Shown: positions 17,504-28,723, numbered from the stretch's first letter. The stretch: 34,661 bases of DNA from Anaerococcus sp. (GCA_052105355.1 JBQDYR010000001.1:1-34661), one strand, 5' to 3'. The notes: generated from the letters alone by a model not told the origin. A program made the numbers and translations.

Positions 17504-18733
17504 ATGAAAGAAAGATATAAAATTGTACTGAATAAACAAGAGGAAAAGGATAAAGTGGACTTAAGCTTTATTAATCAAGAAGTGACTAGTAAAGCACAAA
17601 GATTCCACGCAAGTTTTCCACAATATTCAGTAACACCACTTGTAGAATTAAAAAATCTTGCAGAATTTTTGGGTGTAAAAAATATATTTGTAAAGGATGA
17701 GTCTTATAGATTTGGTCTAAATGCTTTTAAAGTATTGGGTGGATCATTTGCTATAGGAAAATATATAGCAGACAAACTAGGGGTAGATATTGATGACTTA
17801 CCTTTTGAAAAATTAGTTTCAAAAGAAGTAAAGGATAAAATAGGTGACTTGACCTTTATAACTGCAACTGATGGAAACCATGGTAGAGGAGTTGCTTGGG
17901 CAGCCAAAGAACTCAACCAAAAATGTATAGTTATAATGCCAGATGGTTCAGCACTTGAAAGAAGAGATAATATTAGAGCTCTTGGAGCAAAATGTGACAT
18001 TATGGATGGATTAAACTATGATGATTGCGTAAGGATTGCAAATAAGTATGCAGAAGAAAAAGGCTACATAATGGTCCAAGATACAGCTTGGGAAGGATAT
18101 GAAAAAATTCCAACATGGATCATTCAAGGATATTCTACACTTGCAAAAGAAGCTGAAGACCAACTAGAAGAGCTAGGAGAAAAGGCAACTCATATATTTG
18201 CACAAGCAGGAGTAGGATCATTTGCTACAGGTGTAACAGGATATTTCTCTTCAGTATTTGAAGGAGAAGACAAACCTTTTATAGGAATTGTTGAACCAGA
18301 AAAAGCAAATTGTAACTTCATCACAGCAGAAGCAAATGATGGAAAAATTCATAATGTAACAGGAGAAATGAACACAATTATGGCAGGTCTTGCTTGTGGA
18401 GAACCTGTAACAGTTGGATGGCCAATATTAAAATCTTATGCCGATGCTTTCCTTTCTGTACCAGATAATTCAGCAGCTAGAGGAATGAGAATTTTAGGAA
18501 ACCCATTAAAAGGTGATAAAAGAATAATTTCAGGAGAATCAGGAGCAGCAACTGTTGGACCTATTAGTGAAATTCTTCAAAGAGATGACCTTGCTGATAT
18601 AAAAGAAAAACTACAACTTGATGAAAACTCTGTAATTCTACTAATCTCTACTGAGGGCGATACAGACTTTGCACACTACAGAAAAGTTGTATGGGATGGA
18701 TATTATACAAACGACGAAAATTATAACTATTAA
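17504..18733 (+). CDS. dpaL: Diaminopropionate ammonia-lyase (YgeX)
   Basis: KDESYRFGLNAFKVLG (PLP Lys), TDGNHG, QDTAWEGY, QAGVG, MAGLACGEP, GESGA, STEGDTD. Confidence 0.95.
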   Translation: MKERYKIVLNKQEEKDKVDLSFINQEVTSKAQRFHASFPQYSVTPLVELKNLAEFLGVKNIFVKDESYRFGLNAFKVLGGSFAIGKYIADKLGVDIDDLPFEKLVSKEVKDKIGDLTFITATDGNHGRGVAWAAKELNQKCIVIMPDGSALERRDNIRALGAKCDIMDGLNYDDCVRIANKYAEEKGYIMVQDTAWEGYEKIPTWIIQGYSTLAKEAEDQLEELGEKATHIFAQAGVGSFATGVTGYFSSVFEGEDKPFIGIVEPEKANCNFITAEANDGKIHNVTGEMNTIMAGLACGEPVTVGWPILKSYADAFLSVPDNSAARGMRILGNPLKGDKRIISGESGAATVGPISEILQRDDLADIKEKLQLDENSVILLISTEGDTDFAHYRKVVWDGYYTNDENYNY

Positions 18734-18766
18734 AATATAAAATAAAATTAATTTAAGGAGAAAAAT

Positions 18767-19966
18767 ATGGACAACAAATTTCAAGACATTATAAACCAAT
18801 TAGACAGTTTAGATTACAAAAAATTATACCAAGATGACTTCTTATTAACATGGGATAAAAGCGAAGACGAATTAAAAGCAGTTTGGGCTGTAGCTGATGC
18901 TATTAGAGAATTAAGAGAAAACAATAAATCAGCAAAAATATTTGATTCAGGATTAGGAATTTCAATCTTTAGAGATAACTCAACAAGAACAAGATTTTCT
19001 TATGCTTCAGCTGCAAACATGTTAGGACTTGAAGTACAAGACTTAGATGAAAAAAAATCACAAGTAGCACATGGTGAAACATTACTAGAAACAGCTAACA
19101 TGGTTTCATTTATGGCAGATGTTGTAGGAATCAGAGATGACATGTACATTGGCCAAGGTCACGAATACCAAGTAGAATTCTCAGAATCAGTACAAAGAGG
19201 ATATAAAGAGGGAACATTAGAACAAAGACCAACATTAATATCTTTACAATGTGATAGAGATCACCCAACACAAATGATGGCTGATACAGCACACTTTAAC
19301 CATTATTTTGATGGTGTAGAATCACTAAAAGGTAAAAAAATAGCTTTAACATGGGCTTATTCACCATCATATGGTAAACCATTATCATGTCCACAAGGTG
19401 GTATTGGACTATGGACAAGATTAGGAATGGACGTAGTTCTTGCTCATCCAGAAGGATATGAAGTAATGGAAGATATTGTTGAATTATCTAAAAAGCAAGC
19501 TGAAGAATCTGGTGGATCATTCACAGTAACAAATAACATGGAAGAAGCATTTAAAGATGCAGATATAGTTTATCCAAAAAGCTGGGCTCCTTTCGCTGCT
19601 ATGGAAGAAAGAACAAAACTATATTCTGAAGGAGATTTTGAAGGAATTGATGAATTAGAAGAAAAACTTCTAGAACAAAATAAAGAACATATGGACTGGA
19701 CAGTAACAGAAGAATTAATGGCTACAACAAAAGATGGAAAAGCCCTATACTGCCATCCACTACCAGCTGATATTTCAGGAGTATCTTGTGAACATGGAGA
19801 AGTAGAAGCATCTGTATTTGATAGATATAGAAAAGATCTATACAAAGAAGCAAGCTATAAACCATATATAATAGCAGCAATGATGTTCTTACAAAGAGTA
19901 GAAGATCCAAAAGCTAAATTAAAAGAACTTTGGGAAAAAGATCAACCAAGAGTAAACAATAAATAA
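18767..19966 (+). CDS. ygeW: Knotted carbamoyltransferase YgeW
   Basis: FRDNSTRT, GIRDDMYIG, DHPTQ, WAYSPSYGKPLS, YPKSWAP, LPADISGVSC. Confidence 0.95.
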   Translation: MDNKFQDIINQLDSLDYKKLYQDDFLLTWDKSEDELKAVWAVADAIRELRENNKSAKIFDSGLGISIFRDNSTRTRFSYASAANMLGLEVQDLDEKKSQVAHGETLLETANMVSFMADVVGIRDDMYIGQGHEYQVEFSESVQRGYKEGTLEQRPTLISLQCDRDHPTQMMADTAHFNHYFDGVESLKGKKIALTWAYSPSYGKPLSCPQGGIGLWTRLGMDVVLAHPEGYEVMEDIVELSKKQAEESGGSFTVTNNMEEAFKDADIVYPKSWAPFAAMEERTKLYSEGDFEGIDELEEKLLEQNKEHMDWTVTEELMATTKDGKALYCHPLPADISGVSCEHGEVEASVFDRYRKDLYKEASYKPYIIAAMMFLQRVEDPKAKLKELWEKDQPRVNNK

Positions 19967-20010
19967 GTAGTAGTAAATAAAAATAAAACAAAAAATCCAG
20001 GGGGTAAACA

Positions 20011-21330
20011 ATGACAGAAATCAATTATGATTTAGTTAAAGAAACTGCACAAAATTATTCAGAAGATATGAATGCTTTCCTTAGAGATTTAATTCTTTTA
20101 AAGGGTGAATCTTGTGAAGAAGGCGACAAGGCAAAAAGAATAAAAGAAGAAATGGAAAAACTTGGATTCGATAAAGCTTGGATCGACAAACAAGGTAATG
20201 TTCTTGGAGAAATGGGAACAGGAGAAAAGCAAATCGGATTTGATGCTCATATAGATACAGTAGGTATTGGTAACATTGATAACTGGGAATTTGATCCATA
20301 TAAAGGATTTGAAGACGAAAATTTAATTGGTGGACGTGGTGGTTCTGACCAATTAGGTGGAATCGTATCTGCTGTTTATGGCGCTAAAGTTATGAAAGAT
20401 CTAGACTTCTTAAATGACAAATTTAGAGTTTTAGTTACAGGAACAGTACAAGAAGAAGACTGTGATGGAAACTGCTGGTTATATATGATAGAACAAGAAA
20501 ATATCAAACCTGAATTCGTTGTTTCTACAGAACCTACAGATGGCGGAATCTATAGAGGACAAAGAGGCCGTATGGAAATGAGAGTAGAAGTACAAGGAGT
20601 TTCTTGTCACGGATCTGCTCCAGAACGTGGAGATAATGCTATATATAAAATGGCAAAAATCTTAAATGAAATTGAACAATTAAACGAAAACCCTGCAGAT
20701 GATTCAGTAGAAATCAAGGGGCTAGTTAAAATGCTTGATGAAAAATATAATCCAGAATACAAAGAAGCAAACTTCTTAGGAAGAGGAACAGTAACAACTT
20801 CTCAAATCTTTTATACATCACCATCAAGATGTGCTGTAGCAGATTCTTGTGCAATTTCTCTTGATAGAAGAATGACTGCAGGTGAAACTTGGGAATCATG
20901 TATCAAAGAAATAGAAGATTTACCATCAGCTAAAAAATATGGTGCAAAAGTAACTATGTACAATTATTCAAGACCATCCTGGACAGGATTAAGCTATGAA
21001 CAAGAAGCATACTTCCCAACATGGGTAATTCCAGAAGATCATGAAGTGACAAAAGCACTTGAAAGAGCTTATATAGGTCTTTATGGCGAAAACAGAATAG
21101 CACCAAACATAGAAAAAGAAATCGAAAAGAGAAAAAATCTTCCATTAACAGATAAATGGACCTTCTCTACAAACGGTGTTGCTATAATGGGTAGACACGG
21201 TATTCCAGTGATCGGATTTGGACCAGGAGCAGAAGATCAAGCTCATGCACCAAACGAAATTACATTTAAACAAGACCTTGTTACATGTGCTGCAACATAT
21301 GCTGTACTTCCATTAGAATATACAAAATAA
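20011..21330 (+). CDS. ygeY: YgeY-family M20 metallohydrolase
   Basis: [56 protein letters not shown]. Confidence 0.94.
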   Translation: MTEINYDLVKETAQNYSEDMNAFLRDLILLKGESCEEGDKAKRIKEEMEKLGFDKAWIDKQGNVLGEMGTGEKQIGFDAHIDTVGIGNIDNWEFDPYKGFEDENLIGGRGGSDQLGGIVSAVYGAKVMKDLDFLNDKFRVLVTGTVQEEDCDGNCWLYMIEQENIKPEFVVSTEPTDGGIYRGQRGRMEMRVEVQGVSCHGSAPERGDNAIYKMAKILNEIEQLNENPADDSVEIKGLVKMLDEKYNPEYKEANFLGRGTVTTSQIFYTSPSRCAVADSCAISLDRRMTAGETWESCIKEIEDLPSAKKYGAKVTMYNYSRPSWTGLSYEQEAYFPTWVIPEDHEVTKALERAYIGLYGENRIAPNIEKEIEKRKNLPLTDKWTFSTNGVAIMGRHGIPVIGFGPGAEDQAHAPNEITFKQDLVTCAATYAVLPLEYTK

Positions 21331-21342
21331 TTTGAAATTTAT

Positions 21343-21384
21343 GGTGCTGTTGCAATAGCTTTAGTATGCAACAGCTCCTTTTTT
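21343..21384 (+). terminator. Rho-independent terminator after ygeY
   Basis: GCTGTTGCA / TGCAACAGC stem followed by TTTTTT. Confidence 0.8.
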
Positions 21385-21518
21385 AAAAGATATATAAGAT
21401 AAAAAAGTTTTAAGAAGAAAGTATAGATTATTTTTTGAAAACGATATATTAATAAAAAATATTATACATATATAAAATCTAAGATTTACTATTATATAAA
21501 CACGAAGGTGAGGTAAAA

Positions 21519-24500
21519 ATGAGTGAATATATGAGACCCATGTCCTTTAGCGAGTTAATTAACTGGACAAAAGAGGAATATAAAAACGAAGGAAGAGTCT
21601 TTGGAATCAGAAAAGAAGCCTTCTATAAGAATGAAAAAGGAACTAAACTAAAAACTATTTTTGGAGATGAAATTTCTTCATGTGTTGGACCAGCAGCCGG
21701 CCCTCATTCTCAATTAGCACAAAACATACTTACTTCCTATCTTACAGGAGCAAGATTTATAGAACTAAAAACAGTTCAAATATTAGATGGTGAAGACATA
21801 CAAAAGGCGATTGCTAGACCATGTATTTTGGCAGAAGACGAATGTTATAACTGCGAATGGTCAACAGAACTTAAAGTAGAAGAAGCATTTGATGAATATG
21901 TAAAGGGATATTTCTTAATACAAGTATTAGCAAAAGAATTTGGACTTTCTGATAAAAAAGACTTTGCCTACAATATGAGCTGTGGTTATGATTTAGAAGG
22001 AATAAAATCTGAAAAAATTGACAACTATATTGAAGGATTAAAAAATGCAGAAAACACCCAAGTATTTAAAGAATGTAAAGAATTTTTAAAAGGAAATATT
22101 GATATGTTTGAAAACTTTACTCTAGACGATTTAGAAAATATAAGTCCAGAGATTTGTAATTCTATTACATTATCAACTTTACACGGATGTCCTGCGCATG
22201 AAATAGAAGCTATAGCAAAATATCTTTTAACAGAAAAGAAATTAAATACATTTATTAAATGCAACCCTACTATGTTAGGTTATGAATATGCCAGAAAAAC
22301 TCTAGATAAAATGGGATATGATTACATAGCATTTACAGATCACCATTTTAACAACGACCTTCAATATGAAGATGCAGTTGTTATGCTTGATAAGCTTATG
22401 AAGCTTGGAGAAGAAAAAGATTTAGTATTTGGTGTAAAACTTACCAATACATTCCCTGTTGATGTTAAAAGAAATGAATTACCATCAGAAGAAATGTATA
22501 TGTCAGGAAGATCTCTACTTCCATTAACTCTTTCTATGGCAGCAATGCTTTCAGAAAAATTTGAAGGTAAACTTCCAATTTCTTATTCAGGTGGAGCTGA
22601 TGCAAGAAATATAGCCAAAATTTTTGATGCAATTGGTCAACCTATTACAGTTGCTACAACAATTCTAAAACCAGGTGGATATGTAAGATTTAACCAACTT
22701 GCTAAAATTACAGAAGATCTTTTAGGGAAAGAATATAAGGGTGTAGATGTAGATAAAATTGCAGCTTTAAGAGATGAAATAATCAATGATTGGGAAAATA
22801 ATAAGCTTTACAGAGAAAAAGTAGGATCAAGAAAGACAGAATCAGCTCTTCCACTAACAGATTGCTATAAAGCTCCTTGTAAAGATGGAGGATGTCCAAT
22901 CCACCAACAAATTCCTGAATATTTAAAACTTGTAGCCGAAAAAGATTATGATAAAGCTATTGAAGTAATAGCAAATGATAATACAGCTCCTACAATACTT
23001 GGAGAACTTTGTGCCCACTACTGCCAAAGTCATTGTACAAGAGTAGATTACGAAAAAACTCTACAAATTAGAGATATGAAACTTATAGCAGCAGATAATG
23101 CACAAGAAAAATTTGTAGAAAATATTACAGCGACAGATCTTAAATCAGATAAAAAAGTTCTTGTTATTGGAGCAGGTCCTGCTGGAATTGCAGCAGCATC
23201 TTATCTAAGAAGAAACGGAATGGATGTATTGGTTCGTGAAAAACTATCCAAACCTTATGGTATAGTAAGTCACATTATTCCTGAATTTAGAATTTCTGAC
23301 GATGAAATCGAAAGAGATTATAAGATAGCATTAAACCAAGGCGTTAAGTTTGAATTTGATAGTGAAGTAACACAATCTTATGAAGAGCTTAAAAAAGATT
23401 TTGATTATATTGTAGTTGCAACAGGAGCTTGGAAAGAAGGAAGATCTCCAGTTAAAGTTGGAAGCGAACACATAATAGATGCCCTTGACTTCTTATGGGA
23501 TGTCAGAATGAAAGACGGGGCAAAACTTGGTAAAAAAGTTGCTGTTATTGGAGCAGGAGATGTTGCAATGGACTGCACAAGAACTGCAGCAAGACAAGAA
23601 GGTGTTGAAGATGTAACCTTAGTTTATAGAAGAACAGAAGCTTACATGCCAGCTACTCAAGAAGAAGTAAACGATGTAAAAAGTGAAGGACATAGAATTC
23701 TAGAACTTGTTGCACCAGTAGAATACGATGGAAAAACTCTAAAATGTGAAAAAATGGAGCTTGGAGAATTTGATGCTTCAGGAAGAAAATCAGTTGTTTC
23801 TACAGGAGAAGAATTAAATTTAGAATTTGATAACGTAATCTGTGCTACAGGGGCAAGAGTTGATACTTCTCAATTTGAAGAAAATGGAATCAACTTAGAT
23901 GATAGAAACAAACCAAGAACACTAGATACATTTGAATCAAATATAGAAAATGTATATATAATTGGTGATTGTTTAACAGGAGCATCAACTATAGTAAATG
24001 CTATGGGTCAAGCAAAAACTGTTGCTTTAGATATATTAAAAAAAGAAAATCTAGATAATGACTTCAAAAAATTCGAAGTTCCTGAAGATAAAGAAGTAAT
24101 TTACGCAAAAAGAGGAATCCTTGAAGAAAAGAAACAAGGACACGAAGAAGGAAATAGATGTCTAAAATGTGATCAAATCTGTGAAATTTGTACAGAAGTT
24201 TGCCCTAATAGAGCAAATGTTGCAATCGAGGTAGACGGATTTGAAAATCTACATCAAATTATCCACATAGACGGCATGTGCAACGAATGTGGTAACTGTG
24301 GAGTATTTTGTCCACATGCTGGAAATCCATACAAAGATAAGTTTACAGTATTTTGGACTGATGAAGACTTCATCGACTCAACAAATGTTGGTTTCTTAAA
24401 ATTAGATGATAATTCTTACAAGGTAAGACTAGAAAATGGAAATATTGTTGAAACAAATGATATTAACAAAGATTTATCAGAAAAATTAGTTAAGTTTATC

Positions 24501-24560
24501 GAATCTATAGAGAAAAATTACCAACACTACTTAAGACCAACTGCAAATTTAAAGAAGTAG
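21519..24560 (+). CDS. ygfK: YgfK Fe-S flavoprotein oxidoreductase (dihydropyrimidine dehydrogenase-like)
   Basis: GPAAGPHSQLAQN, STLHGCP, KLTNTFPV, CPIHQQIP, GAGPAG, GAGDVA, C-terminal ferredoxin motifs CEICTEVCP and CNECGNCGVFCP; 1013 aa. Confidence 0.95.
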   Translation: MSEYMRPMSFSELINWTKEEYKNEGRVFGIRKEAFYKNEKGTKLKTIFGDEISSCVGPAAGPHSQLAQNILTSYLTGARFIELKTVQILDGEDIQKAIARPCILAEDECYNCEWSTELKVEEAFDEYVKGYFLIQVLAKEFGLSDKKDFAYNMSCGYDLEGIKSEKIDNYIEGLKNAENTQVFKECKEFLKGNIDMFENFTLDDLENISPEICNSITLSTLHGCPAHEIEAIAKYLLTEKKLNTFIKCNPTMLGYEYARKTLDKMGYDYIAFTDHHFNNDLQYEDAVVMLDKLMKLGEEKDLVFGVKLTNTFPVDVKRNELPSEEMYMSGRSLLPLTLSMAAMLSEKFEGKLPISYSGGADARNIAKIFDAIGQPITVATTILKPGGYVRFNQLAKITEDLLGKEYKGVDVDKIAALRDEIINDWENNKLYREKVGSRKTESALPLTDCYKAPCKDGGCPIHQQIPEYLKLVAEKDYDKAIEVIANDNTAPTILGELCAHYCQSHCTRVDYEKTLQIRDMKLIAADNAQEKFVENITATDLKSDKKVLVIGAGPAGIAAASYLRRNGMDVLVREKLSKPYGIVSHIIPEFRISDDEIERDYKIALNQGVKFEFDSEVTQSYEELKKDFDYIVVATGAWKEGRSPVKVGSEHIIDALDFLWDVRMKDGAKLGKKVAVIGAGDVAMDCTRTAARQEGVEDVTLVYRRTEAYMPATQEEVNDVKSEGHRILELVAPVEYDGKTLKCEKMELGEFDASGRKSVVSTGEELNLEFDNVICATGARVDTSQFEENGINLDDRNKPRTLDTFESNIENVYIIGDCLTGASTIVNAMGQAKTVALDILKKENLDNDFKKFEVPEDKEVIYAKRGILEEKKQGHEEGNRCLKCDQICEICTEVCPNRANVAIEVDGFENLHQIIHIDGMCNECGNCGVFCPHAGNPYKDKFTVFWTDEDFIDSTNVGFLKLDDNSYKVRLENGNIVETNDINKDLSEKLVKFIESIEKNYQHYLRPTANLKK

Positions 24561-24591
24561 TAATATCTTCTAAACTACAAAGGAGAAAACC

Positions 24592-25917
24592 ATGATCTTA
24601 ACAAATGGCTTTATTATAACAAACGATGCAGAAAATAATATTTATGAAAATGGTGCAATCTATATAAAAGATAATTATATAGCAGACATTGGTAATGCAT
24701 CAGAAATCACAAAAAAATATCCTGATGAACAGTTAGTAGATGTAGAAGGAAAACTTCTTATGCCTGGAATGATATGTGGTCACTCACATATCTATTCCGC
24801 ATATGCAAGAGGAATGGCTGCATCAAAACCAACAGATAACTTTTATAATGTATTGGAAAATCTTTGGTGGACCTTGGATAGAACTCTTACAAATGAGGAT
24901 GTAAAATTAAATGCACTCACAACATATATGGAATCAATTCAAAATGGTGTAACAACTTTATTTGACCACCATTCAGGACCAAATTCTGTAGAAGGATCCT
25001 TATTTAAACTTGGTGAAGCTGCCAAAGAAGTAGGAATTAGAACTTCACTTTGCTATGAATTATCTGATAGGGATGGCAAAGAAATTAGAGATAAAGAAAT
25101 AAAAGAAAACATTGATTGGATTAAGCATTGCAAAAATGATGATAATGGCGATATGATAAAAGCAATGTTCGGTCTTCATGCTTCTTTTACTCTTTCTGAT
25201 GAAACTCTTTATAAGGCAAGAGAAGCTATGGAAGGATTATATGATGGCTACCATGTTCATATAGCAGAAGGTATAGAAGATGAGTGGGATAGTGTAAGAA
25301 AACATGGAAAAAGAGTTGTAGAAAGACTTGATGATTTTGGAATCATTACTGAAAACACCCTAGCAATCCATGGTGTTCATATTAATGAAAGAGAAATGGA
25401 TATCTTAAAAGAACATAATACTCCTTTAATCTTTAACCCAGAGTCTAATATGAACAATGCTGTTGGCTGCCCTCCAATTCTTAGAATGATGGAAAAAGGA
25501 ATCAAGGTTGGTATGGGAACAGATGCCTATACAAATGATATGTTTGATTCAATGAAAGTAGCAAATATCTTATTAGCTCACAATTCATGTGATCCAACTA
25601 AAGGATTTATGGAAACTCTTGAAATTCAATTTAAAAACAATCCAGAAATTTTCTCAAGATATTTCAAGAGAAAAATCGGTGTGTTAGAAAAAGGTGCTTA
25701 TGCTGATATAATAAGCTTTGATTACAATCCTTACACTCCATTAAATAAAGATAACTGGGGTGGACATGCACTATTTGGTCTTACAGGAAGACTTGTAAAT
25801 GATACAATAATAAATGGTGAATTTGTAATGAAAGACAAAATAATTCTTAAGGTAGATCAAGAAGAAATACATGCTAAAAGTAAAGAAAGAGCAAAAGAAA
25901 TTTGGAAGCATGTATAA
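24592..25917 (+). CDS. ssnA: Amidohydrolase SsnA
   Basis: HSHIYS.YARG, LWW.LD, DHH, GLHASFT, HVHIAEG, NPESNMNNAVG, GTD; follows ygfK. Confidence 0.92.
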   Translation: MILTNGFIITNDAENNIYENGAIYIKDNYIADIGNASEITKKYPDEQLVDVEGKLLMPGMICGHSHIYSAYARGMAASKPTDNFYNVLENLWWTLDRTLTNEDVKLNALTTYMESIQNGVTTLFDHHSGPNSVEGSLFKLGEAAKEVGIRTSLCYELSDRDGKEIRDKEIKENIDWIKHCKNDDNGDMIKAMFGLHASFTLSDETLYKAREAMEGLYDGYHVHIAEGIEDEWDSVRKHGKRVVERLDDFGIITENTLAIHGVHINEREMDILKEHNTPLIFNPESNMNNAVGCPPILRMMEKGIKVGMGTDAYTNDMFDSMKVANILLAHNSCDPTKGFMETLEIQFKNNPEIFSRYFKRKIGVLEKGAYADIISFDYNPYTPLNKDNWGGHALFGLTGRLVNDTIINGEFVMKDKIILKVDQEEIHAKSKERAKEIWKHV

Positions 25918-25941
25918 AAAATTAATTTAAATGGGGGAAAA

Positions 25942-27318
25942 ATGGACACAAAAGCAAAAGACAAAACTCAAACAACATCTTTGTTTGAGTTTGAAAGTAA
26001 GCCAAGCTTAAAAAGAAGTTTTCCAATAGCCTTACAACACTTATTAGCAATGATAGTTGGTAATACTTTACCAGCTATCGTACTAACAGGACAGTTAGCC
26101 AATACTCCGCACGCAATATCTCCTGAACAATCTATTTACTTGATTCAAGCAGGTATGTTTATTGCTGCTATAGCAACTTTCTTACAACTTTATCCAGTTA
26201 TGAAAGTTGGAGCTAAACTTCCAGTAATTATGGGAGTATCATTTGCTTACATACCAGTTCTTGCAAGTATTGGTGTAAAATACGGAATTGGAGCTGTATA
26301 TGGAGCGCAGTTGGTCGGTGGTATAGTAGCCTTTATCGTTGGTATGAATATTAAAAGAATATATAAATATTTCCCACCAATGGTAAGTGGTACTGTAGTT
26401 ATGACAATAGGACTTTCCTTATATCCAGTAGCCTTAAACTATATGGCAGGTGGAAGTGGAAATCCAAATCAAGGTGATTTAAAATATTGGGCAGTAGCTC
26501 TTTTAACCTTAGTAGTTGTTTTAGCATGTAATATGTTTGGTAAAGGAATTGTTAAGCTTGCTTCAATATTACTAGGAATAGTAGCAGGTTACATTGCGTC
26601 AATGTTTTTAGGAATTGTAAACTTAGATCAAATAGCAAGTTCATCATGGTTTACAATGCCAAAAATCATGCCTTTTAAACTTGAATTTCCAATAGATGCG
26701 GTAATTACGATGTCAGTAATGTTTGTAGTTAACTCTATACAAGCTGTTGGAGATTTATCTTCTACTACTGCTGGTGGATTTAATAGGACACCAACTGGTG
26801 ATGAATTGTCTGGTGGAATCAAGGCTAACGGTATTGCATCAGTTATAGGATCGCTAATAGGTGGTCTTCCAACTGCAACTTACAGCCAAAACGTTGGTAT
26901 AGTTTCACTTACAAAAGTTGTATCAAAGAGTGTATTTAAAATTTCAGCTATATTAATTTTAATTTCAGGTTTCATACCAAAATTTGGTGCTGTAATGCTT
27001 TCTGTTCCTCAAGCAGTTATTGGTGGTGCTACTATTACTGTATTTGCTCAAATAGCAATGAGTGGTATGAAGCTTATAACATCAGATGAGATGAGTACTA
27101 GAAATGTAACTATAGTTGGACTTGGTATAGCTTTAGGTATGGGAATAGTTCAAATTGGAGATCAAGCAGTGGCTCAATTCCCAGAATGGTTTAAAATGGT
27201 ATTTACTTCATCACCAGTAGTTCTTGCAACAGTAGTAGTGTTCTTATTAAACGTAATAATACCTAAAAAGACTATTGAACAAGAAGAAGCAGAAAGAAAA
27301 TTGATGGAAAATGAATAA
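25942..27318 (+). CDS. NCS2 xanthine/urate permease
   Basis: LQH in TM1, GVSFAY, signature TYSQNVG; many TM segments. Confidence 0.92.
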   Translation: MDTKAKDKTQTTSLFEFESKPSLKRSFPIALQHLLAMIVGNTLPAIVLTGQLANTPHAISPEQSIYLIQAGMFIAAIATFLQLYPVMKVGAKLPVIMGVSFAYIPVLASIGVKYGIGAVYGAQLVGGIVAFIVGMNIKRIYKYFPPMVSGTVVMTIGLSLYPVALNYMAGGSGNPNQGDLKYWAVALLTLVVVLACNMFGKGIVKLASILLGIVAGYIASMFLGIVNLDQIASSSWFTMPKIMPFKLEFPIDAVITMSVMFVVNSIQAVGDLSSTTAGGFNRTPTGDELSGGIKANGIASVIGSLIGGLPTATYSQNVGIVSLTKVVSKSVFKISAILILISGFIPKFGAVMLSVPQAVIGGATITVFAQIAMSGMKLITSDEMSTRNVTIVGLGIALGMGIVQIGDQAVAQFPEWFKMVFTSSPVVLATVVVFLLNVIIPKKTIEQEEAERKLMENE

Positions 27319-27331
27319 ATAGGTGGGATAG

Positions 27332-28684
27332 ATGTCTTTATTAATAAGAAATGCAAAAGCAATTATAACTTGTGATGATAATGATTCTGTTATTAAAGAT
27401 TCAAATATATTTATTAATGATGGAATAATAGAATATATAGGAAAAGAAAAATTTCAGGCAGATCAAGTAATAGATGCAAAAGATATGTGGGTTTATCCTG
27501 GACTCATTAATACACATCATCATTTATATCAATATTTCACTAGAAATTTGCCAGATGTTCAAAACATGGAATTGTTTGACTGGTTGAAATATCTATATGA
27601 AATATGGAAAAATTTGAATGAAGACTCTATTAAATATAGCTCATTTATAGGAATGGGTGAACTTTTAAAAAGTGGTTGTACTACAGTTTTTGATCACCAT
27701 TATGTTTTTCCTAAAAATAGCGAAAACTTTATTGATATACAATTTGAAGTACAAGAAAAACTTGGAATTAGAATGCACGCATCTAGAGGTAGTATGTCTC
27801 TTAGCAAGAAAGATGGAGGACTTCCACCTGATAGTGTAGTTCAAAGTATGGATAAGATACTTCTAGATTCTGAGAGGATTATAAAAAAATATCATGATCC
27901 TTCAAAAAATTCTATGAGACAAATAGTTTTAGCTCCTTGTTCACCTTTTAGTGTTACAGGTGAATTAATGATTGAATCAGCTAAACTTGCCAGAAAATAT
28001 GGAGTTATGCTTCATACTCATTTGTCAGAGGCTAAGGATGAAAAAGATTTCATCCTTAGTAAATTCTCAAAAAGACCTTTAGAATATATAGATAGTTTGA
28101 ACTGGTTGGGTGAAGATGTTTGGTTTGCTCACTGAATTCACTTCAATGATGAATAGTTAAAAATATTACAAGAAACTAAGACAGGAATAACGCACTGCCC
28201 TATTTCAAACATAAAATTATCTTCAGAAATAGCAAAAATACCTCAAACGTTAGATATGGGCATAAGAGTAGGACTTGGAGTAGATGGATCTGCAAGTAAC
28301 GATGGGTCTAATTTGCTAGAAGAGATTAGAGTGTGTTATTTATTACATAGATTAAATTCAAGTAGAAAAGTTCCAAGTGGTTATAATATTTTAAAAATTG
28401 CCACTAGAGGTAGTGCAAGTATTCTTGGAAGAAATGATATCGGATCTATTGAAGTTGGAAAATGTGGTGATTTATTTATGATAGATTCAAATAAGTTTGA
28501 ACTTGTAGGAGCTTTTAGAAATCCTAAATCTATTTTTGGAATTATTGGATATAAGAAAACTGTAGATTATACAATTGTAAATGGAAAAATTGTAGTAGAA
28601 AAAGGAAGAATGAAAAATATTGATGAAGACATCATCTCTGAAAAGGCAAACACTGAAGTTAAAAGATTATTATATATGAGCTAA
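27332..28684 (+). pseudogene. 8-oxoguanine deaminase-like amidohydrolase with two in-frame stops (TGA 28133-28135, TAG 28154-28156)
   Basis: ORFs 27332..28135 and 28256..28684 share one frame (offset 924 nt). The bridge reads WFAH*IHFNDE*LKILQETKTGITHCPISNIKLSSEIAKIPQTLDMG. Motifs NTHHHLYQ, GGLPPD, APCSPFS and VDGSASND are present. Confidence 0.88.
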
Positions 28685-28723
28685 TAATCTTTTGATAAAT
28701 TTCAAAATAAAGGATGTAATAAT

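Noticed and set aside
28136-28154. SECIS-like hairpin after the in-frame TGA
   Set aside because: Only a weak 5 bp AT-rich stem (ATTCA/TGAAT), and it runs into the TAG stop.
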